A DNA stretch of 64,000 bases from Myxococcota bacterium. GTDB taxonomy: Bacteria > Myxococcota_A > UBA796 > CAJQPC01. Below the pieces are notes generated by a model, which did no database searches, was not told the DNA's origin, and saw nothing but the letters and a program-made list of their open reading frames with translations. Shown here in pieces: positions 57,110 to 64,000 of the stretch (its first letter is position 1; each line of letters starts with the position of its first letter). Both the position numbers and the translations under genes were made by a program. Where the stretch lies: the NCBI GenBank assembly GCA_036012755.1, contig DASCPX010000127.1, positions 32,001 to 96,000 of the forward strand, written 5' to 3'.

Positions 57110-59074
57110 CTACATGTCGTCTTCGGCGAGGACGACCAGGCCGTCTCCGCGGTTCAACGTGACCGGCGTGTCCTTGAACGGAATGAGCTTCACTCCGAAG
57201 TTCTCGCTGGCTTCCGACTCCAACTCGGCGAGCTTGTACCCGAGGCAGATCTCCGTGTCGCGCTTGCGGACAAGCGCCATCAGATCCCCGAAGTTCACCG
57301 TGACCGGGAACTCGTCGAAGTAGAGCCAGGCAGGCTTCACGTAGATCTCCGAGCCGTCTTCCTGGAACAGATCGTCGTAGACGTCCTGGATGTCCGGCTC
57401 CTCGGAGATCTGGGCGAACATCATCGAGACCATGCGGTTGCTGATGATGAAGTCGTTGACCCCAGCGCGGCTGATGAGCTCCTGGTTCGCCGAGTCCAGG
57501 ACCTCGGTGATGAGGTTCGTGGTGACGTCGCGGCCCGCGCTCCTGGCCGCGCGCTGGAGCTTGCGGAGGTGGAGCAGCACGATGATGGTCTCGGAGTCGA
57601 CCCGCTCGGCGTCGATGTCGTCCATCGACTGCTTGAGGATGATGACGGTGTCGTAGGCGAAGGGGTCGACGCTGGCGAGATCCTCGCTGGCCATCGGGTC
57701 CAGTCGCAGCAACTTCGTGCCGACGTTGTCCAACTCGCCGTTGAGATCGTCCAGCGCCTTGGTGACGTGCTCTGGAGGGTCCTTCAGCATGACGTGGACC
57801 TCTGAGCCCTCCAGCACGTAGTCGCTGTACTCGGAGATCAGGATGGAGACCTTGGGCGACCAGCCGAGGATCAGCATGCGCTCCTTGCCCGGCTCGATGC
57901 GCACGTCCTTTCCGACGAGGTCCTTCGGCGAGTAGACCGGGTCCTTCTGGAAGTCGATCGTGGAGTCGTCGTCCGCCACGATCAGGATCTCGTCGCTGTC
58001 GTTCATCTGGTAGTCGGGATCGGTCCGCATCTCGATGGTGCCGTCAGAGGTCCGGATGCCGAGCGGGACGCCGTCAGGGAAGTGGAACTGGAGCGCGCCG
58101 AAGGTGATCCCGCCCCACGCCGCGTTGTGGAAGTACATCTCGCAACCCTCGAAGGAGAGAAGCTCGGCGTAGACGACGGACAGGCCGCTGGTCCGCGAGG
58201 TCTGGACCATGATCTTGGCGAGGATCTCCTGTGCGTCGATGACGCTGATGCGATCCGGGGCGAGGTCCTGGACGACCCGGCGGTTCCGCGGGTCGAAGAC
58301 CTCTGCGACGATGACGATCTCGCTGTCCTCGCCCACGTGGGCGATGAGGGCCAGGACCGTCTTGATGACCTTCGCGTCGCTGGAGAGCTTCTCCTCGGCG
58401 GTCGCGGCCTCACCGCAGGTCGCCAGCACGATGGCGCTCTTGGCGCGCTCGGCGTTGACCTTGCCGAGGTTCAAAAGCGACGCTGTGGGGCCGGAGCGGG
58501 TCACCAGGCGCAGGTTCCGCCGGTCGGTCCAGACGTTCCGGAGGTACTCGTCCATCTCCTCCTTCTCCTCCTCCGAGAGCACGACGGCGACCGGGTCGTC
58601 GTCGCTCTCCTGGGCCTCGACCAGCTCGCGGAGGATCTCGGGGACGCGCGGGCCCCAGCCGACGATGAGCGTGTGGTCGCTCTCGAGGACCCGGGAGTGT
58701 CCCTTCTTCAGCTGGTCGATGGCCTGGTCGAGCGCGGTCGTGAGGAAGGCGATGAGCGCGGAGAAGATGACCACACCGGTCATGCCGGAGATGATCGCGG
58801 TGACCTTGTAGGCGCCGAAGGTGGTGTTGTCCTGGGCCATGTTGCCGGGGTCGGTCAGCTGGAGCCAGGTGAACCACACGCCCTGGGCCAGCTCGTGGGC
58901 CGTGTCGTTGAAGGCGCCGTCGAGGCCCCAGAGGGCAAGGCGCAGCACGACGATGACCAGGAACGAGACGATGAAGGCGACCGTCAGGGCGATGAAGAGC
59001 GCGCGGCTCCCCTTCGCCAGGAAGGTGTCGACCTGGTAGCGGAGCTTCTCGCCCAAGGTGGCTTCGATGGACAT
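57110..59074 (-). CDS. CASTOR/POLLUX-like cation channel with tandem RCK domains
   Basis: Two TMs around LTDPGN filter, LKKGHSRVLESDHTLIVGW, ELLSFEGCEMY, EDGSEIYVKP, LVVLAED. Confidence 0.88.
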   Translation of the reverse strand: MSIEATLGEKLRYQVDTFLAKGSRALFIALTVAFIVSFLVIVVLRLALWGLDGAFNDTAHELAQGVWFTWLQLTDPGNMAQDNTTFGAYKVTAIISGMTGVVIFSALIAFLTTALDQAIDQLKKGHSRVLESDHTLIVGWGPRVPEILRELVEAQESDDDPVAVVLSEEEKEEMDEYLRNVWTDRRNLRLVTRSGPTASLLNLGKVNAERAKSAIVLATCGEAATAEEKLSSDAKVIKTVLALIAHVGEDSEIVIVAEVFDPRNRRVVQDLAPDRISVIDAQEILAKIMVQTSRTSGLSVVYAELLSFEGCEMYFHNAAWGGITFGALQFHFPDGVPLGIRTSDGTIEMRTDPDYQMNDSDEILIVADDDSTIDFQKDPVYSPKDLVGKDVRIEPGKERMLILGWSPKVSILISEYSDYVLEGSEVHVMLKDPPEHVTKALDDLNGELDNVGTKLLRLDPMASEDLASVDPFAYDTVIILKQSMDDIDAERVDSETIIVLLHLRKLQRAARSAGRDVTTNLITEVLDSANQELISRAGVNDFIISNRMVSMMFAQISEEPDIQDVYDDLFQEDGSEIYVKPAWLYFDEFPVTVNFGDLMALVRKRDTEICLGYKLAELESEASENFGVKLIPFKDTPVTLNRGDGLVVLAEDDM

Positions 59075-59136
59075 TGCTTCTCCTCCGGGCGAGGGCGTAT
59101 CACCGGAACGAGGCAGCGTACGTACCCAGCGCCCGC

Positions 59137-59775
59137 TCAGAGCTCAGCGCAGGACTCCGGCTCCCGAGCGCAGCGCTTCATCGAGCCCTGGCAGGACTTC
59201 AGGTTCCTGGGCGAAGGCTGGAGATCCCCCGGGGGATCCTCGCAGCTGCCCTCTCCGAGCCGGTGCAGGGCCACGCCAGCCCAGAACCCGAGCGTGTCCC
59301 CGGCGCTGCTGTCCAGAGCCAGCAGCCGGCCGATGTCCTCTGGCGGCGGGCCCTCGGCGAGCCACCGCTCGGCGGCGTGCCCAGAGCAGTCCGAGGCGTA
59401 GAAGCCCGCGCTGGAGCACAGCTCGATCTGCTGGAACAGGTCGTCTGACGGGCAGAGGTCCAACATGCCGAAGCGACAGGCAGGGCCGCTGCAGAGTGCC
59501 AGCAGATGCTCTATGCCCGCGTCGCAGTGGTCCTCTGCCGCGGCGACCACGCAGGCATCCCGCCAGCGCCCGGCCAGCTCGCAGGTCCGCTCGGCGGCGC
59601 CCATGTCCCCTGCGCTCTCCGCCTGGGAGAAGGCACAGTAGGCGAAGGTCTCCGCGTCGTAGGCGTAGTCCGCGCACTCCGGAAGGGCGGCGACGGCCGT
59701 GGGGTCCGCCGCGGTGACCTCCGGGGTCGACTCCGTGCCACCTGCACAGCCGAGCCCGAGCACCATCAGCGTCAT
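59137..59775 (-). CDS. Cys-rich lipoprotein, unknown function
   Basis: MTLMVLGLGC signal, repeated C..AG.(W/F)...C units; ATG overlaps the upstream stop. Confidence 0.7.
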   Translation of the reverse strand: MTLMVLGLGCAGGTESTPEVTAADPTAVAALPECADYAYDAETFAYCAFSQAESAGDMGAAERTCELAGRWRDACVVAAAEDHCDAGIEHLLALCSGPACRFGMLDLCPSDDLFQQIELCSSAGFYASDCSGHAAERWLAEGPPPEDIGRLLALDSSAGDTLGFWAGVALHRLGEGSCEDPPGDLQPSPRNLKSCQGSMKRCAREPESCAEL

Positions 59776-60086
59776 CTGTTCAGGTGCGCCGCGTCGATGC
59801 GCTGGATGCACATCCGCCGCGCGTGGCGGTCCAGGACCTCGCAGATCTCCATCCCTCGCTCCCTGGCGATGGCCTGTCCGTGCTCCCGCATCCACCCGTC
59901 GACGGCAGCTCCACGGACCACGGGGTCCTCGATTCCAGCGGTGAGCTCCAGCAACCTCGCTGAGTCCTCTGCGCCCAGGCGCGCGATCTCCCCGGCCCGG
60001 CAGGCGTCCCGCTCCAGCTCCTGCAGCTCCGAGCAGTCGGGCTGCTCCTCTGGGCCGCAAGCGAGTGTCAGGAGCAGTGAGAACAC
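59772..60086 (-). CDS. Small lipoprotein, unknown function
   Basis: (V)FSLLLTLAC signal; TATCGT-N7-GTG start. Confidence 0.65.
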   Translation of the reverse strand: MFSLLLTLACGPEEQPDCSELQELERDACRAGEIARLGAEDSARLLELTAGIEDPVVRGAAVDGWMREHGQAIARERGMEICEVLDRHARRMCIQRIDAAHLNR

Positions 60087-60176
60087 GCCGGAGACGATAC
60101 CGCGGTGGTCGGACACAGGCCTGGATGCGCCCTGGGGGGCTTGCGGTGCCGCCCCGACCGGTGTGGGACTGTGCCC

Positions 60177-60230
60177 ATGAGTCACCTCGTCAGCTGTTGT
60201 TGTTGTCCCACCTCGGCCGAGGTGCGTTGA
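60177..60230 (+). CDS. Putative poly-cysteine leader peptide MSHLVSCCCCPTSAEVR
   Basis: ATG 60177, four tandem TGT codons (60195-60206), TGA 60228-60230, immediately upstream of cysH. Confidence 0.75.
   Translation: MSHLVSCCCCPTSAEVR
60209..60224 (+). promoter_or_regulatory. Hairpin masking a Shine-Dalgarno-like sequence upstream of cysH
   Basis: Perfect palindrome CACCTCGG-CCGAGGTG containing GAGGTG. Confidence 0.6.
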
Positions 60231-60240
60231 CGACTGCTGA

Positions 60241-60930
60241 CTGACGCAGACGACACGCCAACCACAGCTCTGCCGCCCCGGAACCGAGGACGCCCTCGAG
60301 GTCCTCGACTGGGCCACGCGCCGCTTCGCCGGTCGCCTGGTGCTCAGCACGTCCCTGGGACCTCAGAGCATCGTCGTGCTCGACCTGCTCACCCGCCTCG
60401 GGCGCGAGGTCGACACGGTCATGCTCGACACGGGCCTGCTGTTCAACGAGACCTACGCGCTGCGGCAGGAAGTCCAGGAGCGCTTCGGCGGCGAGGTGAA
60501 GCGCGCGACCGGCTGGTCGTTGAGGGAGCAGGAGGCCTCGATGGGCCCGCGGCTGTGGGAGCGCGACCCCGATCGCTGCTGCGCCCTCCGCAAGGTCGCT
60601 CCGCTGCGAGAGCTGCTCGGCGGCTACGAGGCCTGGATCTCCGGCATCCGCCGCGACCAGTCACCCGCCCGCGCCAACGCAGAGGTCGTCGAGTGGGACG
60701 AGAGCTTCGGCCTCGTGAAGATCAACCCGCTGGTGGCCTGGACTCGCGACGAGGTCCAGGCCTACATCCGGCTCCAGGGCCTCCCGGTGAACCCCCTGCT
60801 GTCCCAGGGCTTCGGCAGCGTCGGCTGCTGGCCCTGCACCCACCCGAGCGCCGACGAGCGCGGCGGACGTTGGGTCGGCCGCGCCAAGACCGAGTGCGGC
60901 ATCCATCTCTGCCCGAAGGAGACCACGTGA
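60241..60930 (+). CDS. cysH: APS/PAPS reductase, Fe-S (APS) type; start uncertain
   Basis: EVLDWA...STSLG, LDTGLLFNET, CCALRKV, GIRRDQS, SVGCWPCT, ECGIH. Frame open from CTG 60241. Confidence 0.9.
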   Translation: MTQTTRQPQLCRPGTEDALEVLDWATRRFAGRLVLSTSLGPQSIVVLDLLTRLGREVDTVMLDTGLLFNETYALRQEVQERFGGEVKRATGWSLREQEASMGPRLWERDPDRCCALRKVAPLRELLGGYEAWISGIRRDQSPARANAEVVEWDESFGLVKINPLVAWTRDEVQAYIRLQGLPVNPLLSQGFGSVGCWPCTHPSADERGGRWVGRAKTECGIHLCPKETT

Positions 60931-61688
60931 ACCGCTCCCACATCGGAACCCAGCGCCGCATCGCCGGGACGGTCGAGGCCGTCCGCGCCGAGCTCGACAC
61001 CTTCGAGACCGAGATCGCAGCGATCTCGCCAGAGGGACCCCTCCTGGTAGCGATGAAGCTCGACCTGGCGCACGTGCTGGTGGTCGGCGGCGGCGCGGTC
61101 GCCACCCAGCGGGCCCGCTCACTCCTGTACGCCGGCGCCCAGGTGCGGGTGGTCGCTCCGCGGGTGTCGCCAGAGCTTCGCAGGCGCATCGCCTGGGGGG
61201 AGATCGCGTGGTCACAGAGGCGCTTCGAGGACAACGATCTCGACCACATGCAGCTGGTGATGGTGGCCATCGACGACAGGGACGAGAGCCGTCGCGTAGC
61301 CTCGGCGGCCCGGTCGAGGTGCATCGCGGTGAACGTGGCGGATGTGCCCACGTTGTGCGACTTCTACATGCCGGCGAGCCACCGGGAGGGCCCGGTGCAG
61401 GTCGCCGTCTCGACCGGCGGAGTAGGCCCGGCGATCGCCGCGCGGGTCCGCGACCTGGTCGCGGCGGCCTTGCCCCCGGAGCTGGCGGAGGCCACACGGC
61501 GATTCGGCCAACTACGCAAGATCGTTCGCGAGCTCGAGCCATCACGAACCCGTCGCATGGAGCTCCTGGCGAGGATCGGGCGCAAGACGCCCTGGAGCGA
61601 GCTGGCCTGCCTGGAGAGCCGGAGCTCACTCGGAGCGGACGAGGCGCCTGCGGCGGCAGACCAGGAGCACCGCGAGGCCAGCGGCTGA
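60927..61688 (+). CDS. cysG: Precorrin-2 dehydrogenase/sirohydrochlorin ferrochelatase (CysG N-terminal, SirC/Met8 type)
   Basis: VVGGGAVA, VNVADVPTLCDFYMPA, AVSTGG. GTG 60927 after AAGGAG. No methyltransferase domain. Confidence 0.85.
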   Translation: MNRSHIGTQRRIAGTVEAVRAELDTFETEIAAISPEGPLLVAMKLDLAHVLVVGGGAVATQRARSLLYAGAQVRVVAPRVSPELRRRIAWGEIAWSQRRFEDNDLDHMQLVMVAIDDRDESRRVASAARSRCIAVNVADVPTLCDFYMPASHREGPVQVAVSTGGVGPAIAARVRDLVAAALPPELAEATRRFGQLRKIVRELEPSRTRRMELLARIGRKTPWSELACLESRSSLGADEAPAAADQEHREASG

Positions 61689-62426
61689 CAGCGCGCCACC
61701 CGCGGCGGAGTGACAGCCGCAAGCCACGTCGAAGCGCGGCGCGTCGTCGTCAGCATCGCCGAGGAGCTCCGGGAGCACCAGGCAGTCGCCGCCGTAGGTG
61801 GCCTGGACCTCGTGAAAGGGATCGAGGACACGCACGACCGGACAGCTCTGCTCCTTCATCCAGTGCACGTACCAGGTCAGGACGACCTCGCCGCCGAACT
61901 CCGGCATCCCGACCCAGGTCTCGATCTGCTCCCTCTCCACACCCTCGATCAGCCAGCCGTTTCCTGGCGCCTCGGGAGACTCGAGTGTGACCGTGACGAT
62001 GTGCCAGGCCGGCTCACCCTCCTCGGCGCAGAGGTCCGGGTTGAAGTTGGTCGGGCTGATGTCGGTGTTCGTCCAGACGAGGTCACTTGCGAGCTCGCCG
62101 ACCTCTGCGAACTGGAAGACGGTGAAGAGCTCTGTGCCGACGATGTCCGCGCCGTCGTAGACGACGAGGTCGTAGTCGTCGTCGTAGATCTCCTCGGGGA
62201 TCTGGAAGCCGAGCCAGCCCACGGGGTGATCTGTCGCCGGGAGCCGCTCGCTCATCTGGTAGATCCGCTCCGGGTCCTCGACCAGGACCAGCTCGGCGTC
62301 AGGGCTGGACAGGCCCGTCCGGATGCGCACCCAGGAGGTCTTGCGCAGCTCGCCACCAAGGGGGATGAGGTCCTCGACGATGGGGGCCTCGCAGGCGGCC
62401 TGGGCGAGGGAGATCAGGGTCCACAC
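61626..62426 (-). CDS. Exported acidic protein with MYXO-CTERM-like anchor
   Basis: MWTLISLAQA signal; C-terminal CGC...GLAVLLVCRRRR. Confidence 0.72.
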   Translation of the reverse strand: MWTLISLAQAACEAPIVEDLIPLGGELRKTSWVRIRTGLSSPDAELVLVEDPERIYQMSERLPATDHPVGWLGFQIPEEIYDDDYDLVVYDGADIVGTELFTVFQFAEVGELASDLVWTNTDISPTNFNPDLCAEEGEPAWHIVTVTLESPEAPGNGWLIEGVEREQIETWVGMPEFGGEVVLTWYVHWMKEQSCPVVRVLDPFHEVQATYGGDCLVLPELLGDADDDAPRFDVACGCHSAAGGALSAAGLAVLLVCRRRRLVRSE

Positions 62427-62448
62427 ACCAGCAGGATAGAGCCCCGGA

Positions 62449-63228
62449 GTGCAGGGCGTTCACGAGTTCCGGCTCCAGCTGCCGCGTCACGCCTTCGGTC
62501 CGGACCAGTACGCCCGACCGGGAGAGATCTGGCGGCTGTTCCAGGAGGCGGCGGTGCGGGCCTCGACCGAGTGCGGGTGGCCGCCCCAGCGCTACGCCGC
62601 GACCGAGACGGCCTTCGTCGTGACGGCCATGACCACCCGCCACGAGGGACGGATCCGATACGGCGACGATCTGCTCGTCGTCACCTGGCTCCGCGACTTC
62701 CGGCGCCGCATCCTCACGAAGCGGGAGATCCGCCTCTACCGGGGCGACGAGCTGGCCGCCGAGACGACCCAGCAGTGGGCTCATGTCGCGAAGACACCCT
62801 CTGGGATGGCGCCAGCGCCGGCGACGGACGCGCTCATCGACGCCTTCCATGCTCGGGACGATCTCGGGCCGGTCGTCGACCTGCCGGCCCTGGAGACGCG
62901 CGAGGAGCACGAGCCCCACACCTTCTCCTTCCAGTGCTGGCGGACCTGGATGGACCCCCTCGGCCACGCCAACCACCCCGCGTACCTCGACTGGTGCGAC
63001 GAGGCGGTCGCTCGCATGGCCCTGGCCAGGGGCGCATCAGAGGTCATCGCTTATGCGGAGCGCGTGCACTGGAAGGGCGCGGTGGTGGCGGGCGAGCAGG
63101 TGCACATAGAGACGACACCGGTGGGCAAGACCCGGTGCGGGGCATCGGTGCTGCGTCACGTCATCCGCACCGACGCCGAGCTCAAGGCCCGCGCTACGAC
63201 GATTCGGCGCTTCTTGCACGACGGCTGA
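62449..63228 (+). CDS. Acyl-ACP thioesterase family (double hotdog)
   Basis: LFQEAA, VTWL, MDPLGHANHPAYLDWCDEA. Confidence 0.85.
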   Translation: MQGVHEFRLQLPRHAFGPDQYARPGEIWRLFQEAAVRASTECGWPPQRYAATETAFVVTAMTTRHEGRIRYGDDLLVVTWLRDFRRRILTKREIRLYRGDELAAETTQQWAHVAKTPSGMAPAPATDALIDAFHARDDLGPVVDLPALETREEHEPHTFSFQCWRTWMDPLGHANHPAYLDWCDEAVARMALARGASEVIAYAERVHWKGAVVAGEQVHIETTPVGKTRCGASVLRHVIRTDAELKARATTIRRFLHDG

Positions 63229-64000
63229 GAGTCGCCAGCCCGACGCCGAGGAGGATCAGCAGGCCGCCCGAGAGCTCGATGACCGTCGGGACCTCTGCCA
63301 GCACGACCAGGGCGAGCAGCGTGGCGCCCACGGGTTCGAGCAACAACAAGGCCGCGACGACAGTGGCCCGCACGTACCTGACAGAGAAGTTGAAGCCGAT
63401 GTGGCCGACGAGCTGTGGCAGCAGGGCCAGGCCGACCAGCGCCCCCCAGACCTTCGGCTCCCAGCCGGACAGCGGCAGCCCACGACAGAGCGCCACGAGC
63501 AAGAGCGCCAGCGCCGCGAAGCCGCAGACCAGGGCGCCATAGGGGGCGAACTCCACGCGCTGGCGCACACTCCGGCCGACGAGCAGGTAGGCGGAGCTGA
63601 GCATGCCGCCGACCAGCGCCAGCCCGTCGCCGAGCAGGGAGCCCGAGCCGGAGGTGTCATGGGCCATCCAGCCGACACCCATCAGCGCGACGAGGATGCC
63701 GAACCAGAAACGCCGAGAGGGCGGCTGGCGGAACACGGCCCACTCGGCGAGGCCGACCCAGATCGGCGCGAGGGTCACGAGCACGACGCTGCGCATCACC
63801 GAGATGTGGTGGAGCGATGCGAACCAGACCCAGAAGTGCAGGGCCAGCGCGACGCCGGCCAGGGCGCTCAGCGCGAGGTCCCTGGCCCCGACGCGCGCCC
63901 GGAAGAGGGTCGGCGCGAGCAGCGCGGCGCAGATCCCCGTGCGCCAGAAGGCGACGACCACCGGGTCGGCCGCGTCGGCGAGGACAGCGAGCACACCACC
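63194..64000 (-). CDS. DMT/EamA family transporter (5' end outside the window)
   Basis: AFWR, ALHFWVWFASL, GDGLAL, PQLVGH, LLEPVGA; frame stays open to the window edge. Confidence 0.9.
   Translation of the reverse strand, partial: GGVLAVLADAADPVVVAFWRTGICAALLAPTLFRARVGARDLALSALAGVALALHFWVWFASLHHISVMRSVVLVTLAPIWVGLAEWAVFRQPPSRRFWFGILVALMGVGWMAHDTSGSGSLLGDGLALVGGMLSSAYLLVGRSVRQRVEFAPYGALVCGFAALALLLVALCRGLPLSGWEPKVWGALVGLALLPQLVGHIGFNFSVRYVRATVVAALLLLEPVGATLLALVVLAEVPTVIELSGGLLILLGVGLATLSRRARSAESS

Noticed and set aside
60087..60176. SAM or other riboswitch upstream of cysH
   Set aside because: No recognisable aptamer consensus; an Rfam scan would be needed to exclude it fully.
60195..60243. 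Frameshift at the TGT run or selenocysteine readthrough fusing the leader to cysH
   Set aside because: Both shifted frames hit stops (60238 and 60242), no SECIS-like hairpin is evident, and two recoding events would be needed.

Overview
A GC-rich, very compact bacterial chromosomal segment. MYXO-CTERM proteins, a GltC-like gene, a myxobacterial-type PilZ protein and two Hsp70s point to phylum Myxococcota (inference). Contents in order: type IVa pilus core operon (pilMNOP plus partial pilQ); a membrane/spermidine-synthase-like TPR protein; a minor pilin/PilY1 operon with a candidate sigma54 promoter and tandem palindromic enhancer sites near an NtrC/PilR-type activator; two glycosyltransferases; bactofilin-like and HEAT proteins; a TCGA-based simple repeat; a gliding-type vWA lipoprotein/beta-barrel/GltC cluster; an iron-uptake operon behind a Fur-like box that ends in an in-frame sterol-desaturase::TonB-receptor fusion; tyrA; M16 peptidase; hemW-grpE-dnaK-dnaJ; thiL; two CNNM proteins; an atypical second Hsp70; two frameshifted cNMP-binding genes behind a CASTOR/POLLUX-like channel; and cysH-cysG preceded by an unannotated 17-codon leader ORF (MSHLVSCCCCPTSAEVR) with four tandem TGT codons and an SD-masking hairpin, a candidate cysteine-sensing attenuator. 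Many genes look leaderless (TAnnnT 5-7 nt before the start codon) and many exported proteins have very short, uncharged signal peptides. I found no rRNA, tRNA, CRISPR array or mobile element. All family calls come from motif recognition by eye; no database search was run.
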